Shown in pieces: positions 1 to 13,248 of a DNA stretch of 48,341 nucleotides. The notes beneath the pieces are model-generated. The model had not been told where the DNA came from. It was given only the letters and a program-made list of their open reading frames with translations, and made no database searches. This DNA comes from Octopus bimaculoides (taxonomy: Eukaryota). How positions within the stretch are numbered: the stretch's first letter is position 1; each line of letters opens with the position of its first letter. The position numbers and the translations under genes are program-made. Where the stretch lies: the NCBI RefSeq assembly GCF_001194135.2, contig NC_069010.1, positions 9,200,055-9,248,395 on the forward strand, given 5' to 3'.

Positions 1-240
1 ACCCTGTCTGTATACACCCTCTCTATACCACCTCTGTCCATATACACCATCTATATAGCAGCCCTGTCTGTATACACCCTCTCTATACCACCTCTGTCCA
101 TATACACCATCTATATAGCAGCTCTGTCTGTATACACCATCTCTATACCACCTCTGTCCATATACACCATCTATATAGCAGCCCTGTCTGTATACACCCT
201 CTCTATACCACCTCTGTCCATAAGTACCCTCTCTAATACC
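1..240. repeat. Tandem minisatellite, 60-bp period built from about 20-bp subunits
   Basis: Lines 1, 61, 121 and 181 are near-identical (gccctgtctgtatacaccctctctataccacctctgtccatatacaccatctatatagca). Confidence 0.95.
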
Positions 241-1344
241 ATTGCTGTCACTATACATGTAGGTGTAGTTGTCTCTGGTTCAATTTCATGGCTCATACGT
301 AGTTTGGATTGGCTTTACTCTCCAACTCCCCACCTACTTACCCACTTATCCTCCTATCTACCTTCCCACCTACCTACCTACCTACCTACCTATGTGATTG
401 TTCAAACTGGTAGAAACAGCAACCAAATCTCCTTCAAATTACATTTGATTATGTTAGAAAAGGAAGGACATCAGATTATGTAGTCCTAGATACACTATGC
501 TTTAAGGATAGGATTGTGGGTTCAATTCCCAGACCAGGCTGTTTTGTGTTGTTGAGCGAAGCACTTCATTTCACACTGCTCCAATCCACTCGGCTGTGAA
601 ATGAGTTCCAAAAATAGTTGGGAAGTTAACTCAATGAGGGATTGGCATTCCATCGTGGGGCAGTGTTGAATTTATCACCTCTGCTCCATGGAAATCATGT
701 TAAGCTCTGGCCTCAGGAGATATAGGTTTCAGGACCGACCTGTATGTGTGTGTAATTTGAGGAGATTTAGTTTCTATTTCTAGCATGTTGTGATGATGAT
801 GATGTGTGGCCATGAAGAGCAATAATTCCTAACAGTGGTTGGGGGTGTAAGATCATCATCATCATCATCATCATCATCATGAACCCCTGGTCAGAGTCTT
901 GGGACTCATAGGGCCAGTTACCTGGTTTCCATGGCATTCGAGTAGCCAGGTTCACAACATTCCCCCTGGATAGGATGCTAGCCTGTCACAGGGTAACTCA
1001 TTTACAGCTGAATGCACTGGAGCAACATGAAATGAAGAACACAGTGCATTGCCTTGTCTGGGGACTGAAACCACAATCTTGCAGTTACGAGGGCAATGCC
1101 CTAACCACTGGGTCATGAAGAAAATGGGGGTGGGGGTTGGTGGGAGCAGGGGATTCAGATGAACACTTCCCTACCTACAGAAGATTTTTAAGGTGGTGAT
1201 GCTCACTGATTCCAGTTGTCATTCTGTGGTGGTGGTCATGAGGACGGGTCAGAAAACGCTGTTGTGGAGGATTCCTAGTGTAGGTCGTGGTCGGACTCAG
1301 TGGTTTATAAGGAATCGTAATGAATTTTGGTTTTGTATTTCCAG

Positions 1345-1420
1345 GCTATCTGGAATTGGATGGATAATTACCCACATGAATTTAATAATTTACACCAGAA
1401 ACCAGACAGCGAATTACAAG
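1345..1420 (+). CDS. NF1: NF1 exon, 76 nt, phase 0-1
   Basis: ttccag|GCT...CAAG|gtgagg; [25 protein letters not shown]; same size as human exon 7 as recalled. Confidence 0.95.
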
Positions 1421-1913
1421 GTGAGGCCTTTGTTTTCATCATCATCATCATCATCATCATCTTCATCACCGTCACCATCATCATCATCATTGTCATCATC
1501 ATTATGATTGTTGTTGTTGTTGCCGCCATCATTGTTGTTTATTTATCATCATCATCGTCACCGTTGTCATCGTCATCATCACTCTTGTCATCACCGTTGT
1601 CATCGTCATCATCACCGTCGTTGTCATCATTGCTGTCATCGTTGTTACATTGCCGTTAATAAATGATTGTTAGCACCATTATTGTCATCTACAAGTGTGG
1701 CTGTCGGTTAGAAGGTTGAGAAGCCAGCTTCCTAACCGTGTGGTCCCAGGTTCAGTCCCACTGTGTGTGTCATTTTGAAATATCTCCTATTATAGCCTTG
1801 GGCCAACCAAAACCTTGTCAATGGATTTGGTAGGCGGAAACTGAAAGGCAATGTTAATTAATTAATTTCTATCCATTGAACCTCTCCATTTTCAGACTTA
1901 TTAATTATATATA

Positions 1914-1948
<35 letters not shown>

Positions 1949-4900
1949 CATCATCATCATCATCATCGTTTAACGTCCGCTTTCCATGCTAGCATGGGTT
2001 GGACGATTTGACTGAGGACTGGTGAAACCGGATGGCAACACCAGGCTCCAATCTAAATATANNNNNNNNNNNNNNNNNNNNNNNNNNNNNNNNNNNNNNN
2101 NNNNNNNNNNNNNNNNNNNNNNNNNNNNNNNNNNNNNNNNNNNNNNNNNNNNNNNNNNNNNNNNNNNNNNNNNNNNNNNNNNNNNNNNNNNNNNNNNNNN
2201 NNNNNNNNNNNNATATATGTATATATATATATATATGTATGTATGTACGTACGTACACAAAAGTTTATAAAGCAACAATGATATAAACACACCTTCTACA
2301 CCTTTGTGTATATAATAACCTATATATTAATACTGATGAAATTGCACTCATCCCAACTCTGTAATGTCTGTGCATCTTAGTCATCATTGCTTTTCATTGT
2401 TCTTGTTGTCTCTTACAGATTACTGTGATAAAATGTTTGAGCTGTTCAACAGCTTTACAGAAAACTCCAAGAAGAAAGCTACAGTATGGCCACTCCAGAT
2501 GATGTTGTTGGTACTCTGTCCTGTAAGTAGTGACTACAACTAGAACAACAACAATGGTTTTCTAGTTGTTTTCTTTTCATCTTCTCTCACTCTCTAGAAT
2601 TCTAACTATCTATTGTCTTCTCTTTCTCTCTCTCTCTTTATCTCTGTCTGTCTGTCTCACCCTGCCTCTCTTTCTCTCAAAATATTGGAAACTCTTCTAA
2701 TCACACTACAAACTTAAGAAACCTTGAATTTTCCTCCTGTTTTTCTCTTTTTGTCTGTCATTTTCTTTCTTTCTCACTCACTCTCTCTCTCTCTCTTCAA
2801 TCTCACCGACAGGTATCACACCTGTACTGATTAAACCCACATCTTCTATCTAATAGCCTTACAATCCTAGTCATTCGAAAGTCCATTAAGCATGTGTGTG
2901 TGTGTGTGTGTGTAAAGGAATACTGAGCAAGTACCTGACGAGCATTCTGATATACTCTAATTGCTGATCTCAGCTGAAATGAATACCATCAATGCAACCT
3001 GGTTATTTGATAAGATAAAACCATTGCCAAGGGGTTAAGCTTGCTGTGTGGGATGGGGCTAACATTTTTCTACTGAATTCTTTTGTGCATTTGTGAGTGT
3101 TGGGTGCCATCCTCTTCACATAGACCTAAATATTTGTAATTTATTTTGAGAGCTAATTCTTTGATGATGGTAGACTTCATCACCACCACCATCATCATCA
3201 TCGTTTGATGTCTATTTTCCATGCTGGTAAGGGTTAGCCGGTTTGACAGAGGCCCCAATCTAATCTGGCAAGGTTTCTACAGCTGGATGCTCTTCCTAAC
3301 GCCAATCACTCCATGAGTGTAGTGGGTGCCTTTTGTGTCCCACTGGCACAAGGGCCAGTCAGGGCTCTGAATTCAGTGTAAATGTTGTTTTCCAGTGCTT
3401 CATACTATTTGACAGAAAGTTACCAATAACCAGAGAGCTTTATCATCATCATCATCTTCATTATATTCTTTTACTTATTTAAACAGAAAATCCTTGAGGA
3501 AATCAAAAACGCTGATGCTGGTGCACCTTGTTCCCCACAGATGCTAAAAAAGGTATGTTGTTCACCTTCATCATCATCATCATCATATTTCCATTGTAAT
3601 TAATAATAATGATGATAGTAATTATTATAATAATTAATAATTATAATAGTTATAAAAATTAAAATAATGACATGTTTATTGACCACAAAAGGTGACAAAA
3701 AGATCGAGGAAAATACAGGACGATACAATATGGAATTGTATAAAAAATGTTTAAAAAAAACTAAACAGTATTGCTCGTTAACAACAACAAGAACAACATC
3801 TTACACAACTTATGGACATTCCATAGTTTTATTAATATTCTGCCGTTACATTCTGAGTTCAAATTCCGCTGAGGTCGACTTTGCCTTTCATCCTTTCAGG
3901 GTCAATTAAATAAGTACCAGTTACACATTGGGGTCGATGTAATTGAGCTGAACATGCTAATCACCAAGCCACATACGTGCATACATATGTGCGCACACAC
4001 ACACACACACTTGTCTAATTACAATAATAATAATGATAATGATAATGATTTGTCTCTTTCAGAAACATTTTATTGATGAAGCCCGCAAAGCGTTATCGAA
4101 TCCGCATGGAGGAAGTTCGAAGGCATCTCAAACAGAAGGGGCCGCCGTGACATTTGTCCGCATGTGCAAAGCATCTACATATATCAACATTAACGATCGT
4201 CCTAATGTTTTGTTCACGCTAGTCCAATCTGTGACCCACGACCTCAAGGTTCGTTCATCTCTCTTTACGCATTCCCGAGCTTTGACCTTTCCTTTTGACG
4301 AAACAGGCATCCGGCTTTTGCAAATTGTTTAATTACGTTTTAATGGGCAGAAGCTGGGTTCAAATAAGATTAGGTTGTAATAGAGTTTCGTTTTCAAAAT
4401 GCATCAATTAATAGCTCCACCTAATTAGAATATTAGTTTGTCCATCGTTGTTGGTGATGAATGACAACATCACATGGGAGAAAAAAGGACAGGGCATGGT
4501 GTATCCAGTTGTGACCAATGAGTCTGATGCGTGCTCAAAAGACCCTGTCACATCTTGGCCCTGGTGGTCTGCTGGGACCAAAGGCAAGGAGTTGGCTCTG
4601 AACTTGCATAGCTCACGTTTCCTTTGTGTCCCTGCAATCCTGTTCTGTCCGTAGGGAGTGGCACCTCTGTTGGTGCAGCTTTACCAGGCAGGGTAGTCTT
4701 GTTCTTGCATTTCCCAAGTTCTGGGGTCGACCTCAAAGTTCTTTGGTGAGGCTTTCAGAGTATCCTTGAAGCACTTTTCCTGTCTACCTTGCATGTGCTT
4801 GTCTTCTGCCAATTCTCTCTGAAACAGTCTCTTGGGGGGATCGATAGGCTAACACACACACACACACATTCGCATACATTTAAGTTGTGGTTTCTATTCT

Positions 4901-7900
4901 ATTCTCCGCAGACCCTTCTGTTCAGCCCACCTTCCAGTACCAAGTTCAGCCGTAGCCAGGGTACAATCGGTCAAGACATTGACCTGTACATCGACTGTTT
5001 TGTTTCGTTCTTCCGCATCAACCCATACATCGGAGATCTACCCAAGGTCTGTCTCAACCCTCAATCTCCACTCATCTACCACCTGGTATTAGTCAGTGCA
5101 TTGTACAAGATCATCACACAGGTAAGTCAATCACTTACTCACATGATCAAAACCATGTTTGTTTGGGGTTTTTTTTCTCTTTTTCTTTATTTTGTTTTTC
5201 TGTTTTTTTTTCCTTGGTCAGTGGTTGTGGGGTGGGGTGGGGTTTGGTTCTGCATTATTCTGTTGGTGTAAGAATGGGTGCTGTGGTTAAGCAGCTTACT
5301 TCCTGACCATGTTCTCTTGAATTAAGCCCCACCGCATGGCACCTTGGGCAAGTATCTCCTACCTGCCTTGTTTAACCTTCGGCTAACCAAAGCCTTGTGA
5401 ATAGATTTTATTATTATTATTATTATTATGGTCAGATACTCACCCAAGCTGCAGCAGGCACACCTTGCAGGTCCTGGATGCATTCCAGGCCAGTTGTCCA
5501 TGTAAGTCTGATGACGTTTTCCTTCTCACGGGTTCCACAAAACAAATTTGGATGCTTCCAGTTCAGGGTGGTACATGCAGTGACCAGATAGCCACAGCCA
5601 TCTTTTCCTGGTTTTCTTTGCTCACTGACCTGACCCGTGTGGGGTGAAGTGGAAGCCCCTGAACCAAGCTCGTAACAGACACACTTTAATAACATGCAAA
5701 TACACGTTCCCTGTTTGTTGTTTTCACTCATGAGTTGTTTGTTGTGTATATTTTGCAGCCGCGGTTAGCATGGTGGCCTGAGATTCGAAAGATGTACAGT
5801 AAAGCTGGTGAACTGCGTAGCATGTTCAATGATGCTGTGAACAAAGTGATGCAAGCAACAGCAAGCCAAGGACCAAAGACACAGGTACCAACCCGCACCT
5901 TTCCCTCTCGCAGCTTTGCCTCTCTTCTCTCTTCATTCTTCTCTCATTCTTTCTTTTCGCATTTATTATTTATATATGTATATATGTATGTGTGTATATA
6001 TGTATTTATGTGTGTGTGTGGGTGTGTGTATACATATATGTATACATATACACCCACGTGCATGTGTACACCCAGTACAGCTGTAGAAACCCTGTCAATG
6101 TAGACCTAGGACCTGGCAGAGCTCTCTGGTTTCTTTGTTCTTGTTGAACCGTCTAACCTATGATGATGATGATGATATGTGTGTGTATATGGTGTATATT
6201 TTAAGATGTTTCAACATATGTATGCATATTTCTGCATATATAAGTGTATACGTGTGTGTCTGTGTGTCCTCCAACTTCTTGTAAACACACCTGTTGTTCT
6301 TGTTGTTGTGTTGCAGTTCTCCACCATTACGAAGATGACCGGTTTCAAGCTATCGCGGCCAGGGGAAGAGAACACAATGCAGAGATATTTCCTGTTAGGT
6401 TTGGTCAAACTAATCCATGCTGACCCCCTCCTTATGTTACATGTATGTATAATTTATATATACTCTCTATATCTAATATATGTATATAGTCAATTCGAGG
6501 AAGTTAGATCCACATTAGGGATTATATAATCCAAAAGATTCCACCAGTTAATCACTGCCATATAAGGAGAAAGCCTTGATGATATGTTAGGGATTATTGT
6601 GGTAATACATATTATTAATATTGAAAGAAAATGGAGAAAGATGGATGTACAACTAATTTATTTGTATATTAAGATGTTGAAATTAAAAAAAAAAAATAAC
6701 AATGCAAATAAATTATAAGTTGTGAAGCTCAAAAAAGAAAATGGAGTTTCACATTTTTCATTTTCTTTTTGACCTTCACAACTTGTAATTTATTTATATT
6801 GCTATTTTTTAAAAAATTTCCACATTAATATCGTACAAATAAATTATTCATCCATCTTTCTCCATTTTCTTTCTTTCAATATTTATATATATCTTATATG
6901 GACTCCCAAGGGTCACGAGGTCCCTGGTTGAGAACTACTTGAGGATTACCCTAGAAACTATAATCTTCCTGCTATTAACATGACTTGCATAGAGTGTGAT
7001 GGTGGTGGTGGTTTTGGCGATAGAGGTGGTGGTGGTGGTGGATGTAATTTCATTATAATTTTTGTTTGTTTCTATCTGTATGTTGCTTCCTGCAGAACCC
7101 AGACAAACCAGGGCATGAAGTCCAAAACAGCACGTCAGAGCTGATAAATGGTTTAGTGTCCCTTGTCCATGTCCAACAAATGCCGGAAATTGCACAAGAA
7201 GCGATGGAGGTAAGTGGCACCAAGAATTTTGTTTGTTCATCATGAATATTCATTAGTTGTTGTTGCTGTTAATGAGGATGTTGTTGTCATCGTCATCAGT
7301 CTTAGCTTTTGATCCCTCTCTCACACAAACGGCCTCTACATCAGGCCAGCAACAAGAAGAATCTAGTCTTCCTGGTTTTGAGTGTAGTTGCCAGCATCTT
7401 CCCAGGTGATTCTAAATAGCTTCTGATCTAAATATGGTACCCCGTGTCTTGCATCTCCTTCTCTTTCTTCATCCCTCTGCTGGAACCCATTAATATAACC
7501 ACCTGCATCTTCCCTGGTGATTCTAAGTTGCATTAACGGTGGTGTACCCTTTCTTTTTGGCTTTCCCCTTTCTTCCTTCATCCCTCTGTGGGTCCCCATT
7601 CTATAGCTACTGTTTTGAGTATTTTCTTCTGCATCTTGCCAGGTGATGCTGAGGAGGGTTGGTCATAACTGGTGTGTTTTTAATCCTAAGGCTGAATTGG
7701 GACTTGTTAATGACAACCAGCACTAATTACAGAGTGAATTTGGTAGATGAAAACTATGTGGAAGCCTGTCATATATATATCTATATTATATGTGTGTTTG
7801 TGTTTGACCCCCTCCCCTTATTGTTTGACAACTGGTGTTGGTTTGTTTACATTCCCATAACTGCAGTTCTGCAAAAGAAACTAATAGAATGAGTACCAGA

Positions 7901-10900
7901 CTTTAAAAAAAATGACTGCTAAGGTCGATCTGTTTGACTAAACTCTTCCAAGCATTGCCCCAGCATGGCCACAGTCCAATGACTGAAACATATGCAAGAC
8001 AGATGAAATGAGATAGGTGTCCAACTAAAGCAATCTTTGTTTATATGACAATAATGACTGACGATCACACGATTGATGACTTACTGTTGTTTGTTTATGA
8101 TTGACTGAATTCCTTCTCTGTTTTTCAGGCTCTGCTACGGTTACATCAGCCAGAAATTATAGCATTGTGGAATCCTGAAGCACCAATAAATACATTTTGG
8201 AAAATAAGGTAAGAATATGTCCCAATATGTATAATTTTGGTCTTAGCAAAGGTCTTGCATTTTATGTTGTAAGGCTGTGTAACTAGTTTAGTAACTTTTG
8301 AATATTCGGTTCTGCTTCTCGTCTTCTATCAGGCCTCTGGGTGTATGTGTGTGTGCATGCATACACTAGCAATCCTCAGACAAACCTCCCAGGGACGCAT
8401 GCGACCCTCAGGCATTCTTCAGGTGGCTTTCAACAGTTTTCCCTCTCATCATCATCATTATTTAACATCTGTTTTCCATGCTGGCATGGGTTGAATGGTT
8501 TGACTGAAAACTAAGTAAGCTGGGCAGCTGCAGCAGGTTCCAATCTGATCTGGCAGAGTTTCTACAGCTGGATGCCCTTCCTAATGCCAACCACTCCGAG
8601 AGTGTAGTGGGTGCTTTTTACGTGTCACTGGCACAGGTGCCAGTTATGTGACATTGGCATTGGCCACACTTGGTTTGACAGGTCTTCTCAAGCATGGTAT
8701 ATTGCTACAGGTATAATACATTTTTCCCAGTTTTGGATCTGGCCTGGATATTAAAAAGGTTGAGAACCACAGGTATGAACGAACACACACACACACACAT
8801 CTGAGCTACAAAGGTAGTAAGTTTATGGTGCTGGGCTTCTCTGATCAACACCACCACCACCACCACCATTACTACTACTGTTTTCTTTTTATTGTTGCAG
8901 CTCTCAAGTGTTAACGTCCGTCTCTCAAAAGCTGATCCAGAACCAGCTGAATCCAAACCCTCCAGGTGCGCCGCCAATGGCCAACAACACCGAAATCCTC
9001 AAATGGCTCCATGAGATCCTCATCTGTCGCAACAGTTTCCTCCAAAAGCACAGCATCAATGCCAATCTCGGCAGCAACATTACCATCTGTACAGACTCTC
9101 ACATCGTTCTAGAGGTAAACCATCTTAGCTTCATCTGCATTCCTCCTCCTCTTCTTCTTCTTCTTGCCCCCTCCACCCCTTCCTCCCCCTCGTCATCTTT
9201 TTTCTCTTCCTCTTCTCCCCCTCCCTTCTCATCCTCTTGCTCTACCACCTCTTCCTACTCCTCTGCCTCTTCCCCCACCCCACCTTCACTTTTGTCACTT
9301 ATACCTCCTCCTCCTCCTCCTTCCTTTTCTGTTTTGATAATTATACTTATTGTGGGAGTTGTAGGACGTTGTCATTATTAGGAAGGCACAAGACACTACC
9401 AGGCATTTTGTCCATCTTTGTGTCCTGCATTCGAATTCCAAAATTGACTTTGCTTTTCATGCCTCTTCCAGGGGTCAATGAAATAAATACCTGTTGAACA
9501 CTAGGGGGTGATGTAATCAGCTACCCCCCCTCCCACGAGACTTCAGGCCTTGTTCCTATAAAAGGAAGGTTAATCATTAAAAGCGGCGAGCTGCCAGGGT
9601 CGTTGGCACACTGGACAAAATGCTTGACAGCATCTTCACTTTCCTCTGAGCTCGACTTTGCCTTTCATCCTTTTGGGGGTCGATTAAATAAATACCAGTT
9701 GCACACTGGGGATCGATGTAATCAACTAGTCCCCTCTCCCAAATTTCAGGCCTTGTACCTGTAATTAAAAAGATCATTATTATTATCATTTTTGGTTTCC
9801 TTTCCTTATAACTTGATTTCAGCTGCCTTAGAACCGGGCATCCTCTGCAGGCCAAGACGAGCAAGGGCACTTTTGCCTTTGCCATGCCTGCTAAAACTAT
9901 CCCCACATTTATTCCATTTTAGATGGAGAGTGCTTTTATTATTATTATTATTATTATTATTATCAATACTATTCTAGCTGTATTATATGATTCATTCTGT
10001 GTGTGTGTCTTTTTCCAGGAGGTGTTCTTCATGTATCTGTGGAGTATTGATGTCAACGCTGTACTCACTGCCATGTCCTGTTTTCATTTGCTGTGTGAGG
10101 AAGCTGACATCCGGTGCGGGGCCGATGAGGTGGCCGTCACTCAAATACTCCCTAACTACAATGTCTACTCGGACCTGGCTGCTGCCAGCATGACGCTGAC
10201 CACAGGTGATGTGTCCCTTCTCTAGTAGTGGTGGTGGTGGTGGTCATGATGCTGTATGTGATGGCATGAGTGTTTGTGTGTGGTGGTGACGGTATATGCG
10301 TCAGTGCGTGACAGTGGTGGTGGTGGTGGTGACGGTAGGGATGATAATGGTAGTGGTGGTGATGGCAGTGGTGGGGATGGTGATTGATTGTGGTAGTTGA
10401 GGTGGTAGTAGTGGTGGCATTAGTGGTGGTGGTGGTGATGGTAGTAATTGTGGTAGTGGTGGTGCATGCATTGTTATAGTGAAGGTGGAGTATCTATTGT
10501 AGAATTGATATAACAGTGAGTGAAGTGGTAGTGGCAGTAGTGGTGGTTTATGTGTCTGCATTGCAGTGGTGCATGTGTGGTTGGTTGGTTGGTTGGTTGG
10601 TTGGTGGTGGTGGTGTCACTCTCAACTCACCTCCGATTCCCTCTGTTCAGGTCGAGCTTTACTACAGAAGAAAATAATGGGATTATTACGGAAGATCGAT
10701 CATCCAACCCCAGGGAATACGCAGGTGAGTTATCTCCCCTTACTCTCAACCCCCTCTGTCTGGCCTTAGGATGTTAAACTCAAAATAAACCACAAAGGTC
10801 AGATGTTGGCCTTTGACGCCCTGCCCCTAGATTGGGCTGGCTGGGGTCAGTAATTTTGAATATGAGAACTGGCTTGGACTTTGTCAAACTCTCTAACCCT

Positions 10901-12459
10901 TGAGAGCGAGGAAAGTGGATGGAAAACGATGTTCATTATACATACATACATATATGTACGCACACACACCCACCCACATATCATCAAGCATCTGTTTCCC
11001 ATGCTGGCATGGGTTGGACACTTTCACTGGAACTGGTAAACTGCAGGGCTGCACTGGGCTCCATTCTGATTTAGCTTGGTTTGTATGGCTTGATATGCCA
11101 ACGACGAGTCCCTGGCACGAGTGCCTCTTATGTATCATTGGTTTGGGTGCCTTTCATGCGCCACCTTCATTGGTGCCTTTTACGTGTCACCAGTGCTGGT
11201 CATGGCTACAGTTTTATTTAGTTTGACATGTCTCCTCGAGCACAGCAAATCATCAAAAGTCTTCGTCACTTGGTCATTGCCCCCACAAACACAGACCATC
11301 ATCGTTTAACCCTTTCATTACCAACCTGGTTGAAACCGGTTCTGGCTCTGAGTACAAATATCTTGTTTTCATAAGTTTTGAATTAAAATCTTCCACCAAA
11401 CCTTAGTCACAATTTATATTCCTAACACTAGCTTAATGATAACGAAGTTATTTTACTAAATTCTTTGTTATATTTTAAAATAATTGAGAGAAACACAGAC
11501 CATCTCAACAGAAATACAGTAACGAAAGGGTTAAGTGTCCTTTTTTCCATGCTGTAAAGACGTGGTTAATACACATCCAGGAATAAGAAACCGGATGATG
11601 GCTGGAGATGAAACTGATTGAAATATAATGTAGATATAGATATTGTAAAGATGTGGCACATCCACGAATAAGACATTTGATGCTGGCTGGTGATGAAAAT
11701 GAGACGATGTAGCGTAGATATAAATATTGAAAGTGTTCCAGCTGTGAAGATGTCGACAATCTGAATGTGTGTTGCTGTTATCATTGCAGGCATGGGAGGA
11801 CACATGTAAAGCATGGGACAATGTTACGAAAAACCTTGATATCTACCCGAAAGGAAAGCTGGAAGAAGGCTGCAGCTCTGGAAGTATTGGGGAAACGATT
11901 CGGCTACGGAGAAAACCAACCCACCATGGGACATCTGATCACGAGTTAGAGGTTGGTTTTTCCCTCACAAGTTGCTTCTCTCTGTTCTTTTTTTTTTTTT
12001 TTTTTTTTTGCCTGTGTGATAAAAAGTTTATGTCCCTACTACATGGTTCTGGGTTCAGTGCCACTGTGTGGCACCTTTTGGCTAGTGTCTTTTATTGTAG
12101 GCTTGGGCCCACCAAAGCCTTGTGAATGGGTTTGGTAGACAGAAACAGAAAGAAACTTGTCATATGTGATATTCTATGGATATCAACTGGTGACATAAAT
12201 ATATATCTATGTCATAACTCCTGACTTTCTTGATATTCCATATACACTTCCTGAAATAATCTTCACTGATTGGATTTACTGCATTCCAATTGCAAAGGGA
12301 TCTCTACATTACGTCCCCCTGTGTTGGCTTACTCTCTGGTGTGGAGCCTGATCCACTAAAGGAGCTTTGGCCTGATTACCAGGGGATTAGTTAAATCTGT
12401 ATATTGTGCATTATATTTATATTTGTGTGGGTGTATGTGTATATGTGTGTATGTATACA

Positions 12460-12541
<82 letters not shown>

Positions 12542-13202
12542 TGCAGGCATGGTTGTGTGGGAAAAAGTTTTGCTTCCCAACCACATGGTTCCAGGTTCAG
12601 TCCCAGTGTGTGATACCTTGGGCAAGTGTCTTCTACTGTAGCGCCAGGTCAACCAAAGCTTTGTGAGTGGATTCGAGAGACAGAAACTGAAAGAAGCCTG
12701 TTGTATATTTGTGTGTGTTTGTGTCTGTCCCCCGTCAGTACCTGACTAAAAGTGTTGGTTTGTTCACATCCCCATAGCCTAGTGGTTCAGCAGAAGGGAC
12801 TGACAGACTAAGTACCAGTCTTTAAAAAAACAAAGTACTGGGGGTCAATTTGTTAGAAACCAAACCCCATTGAGATGGTGCTCCAGCATGGCTGCATTCC
12901 GTTGACGGAAACAAGTAAAAGGTGAAAGACATAGTTTGGGAACCGCACGCTCTCGTCACTCTTCCTGTTCTTTGTCCCCCCCCCCCNNNNNNNNNNNNNN
13001 NNNNNNNNNNNNNNNNNNNNNNNNNNNNNNNNNNNNNNNNNNNNNNNNNNNNNNNNNNNNNNNNNNNNNNNNNNNNNNNNNNNNNNNNNNNNNNNNNNNN
13101 NNNNNNNNNNNNNNNNNNNNNNNNNNNNNNNNNNNNNNNNNNNNNNNNNNNNNNNNNNNNNNNNNNNNNNNNNNNNNNNNNNNNNNNNNNNNNNNNNNNN
13201 NN

Positions 13203-13248
<46 letters not shown>

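Noticed and set aside
2805-2820. ccgacag|gtatca, a possible recursive splice site, and a similar ttcag|gtataa at 29281-29291
   Set aside because: The donors are weak, the first intron is under 1 kb, and such motifs are common by chance after CT-rich tracts.
10226-10620. GGT-rich intron and its ORFs; CCA-rich tracts at 22980-23150 and 40260-40420
   Set aside because: Ordinary degenerate trinucleotide microsatellites, common in this genome. Weak two-tier G-quadruplex potential only.
12540-12610. tRNA-like A/B-box sequences
   Set aside because: These are SINE heads without a cloverleaf; no true tRNA, rRNA or CRISPR array is supported in this window.
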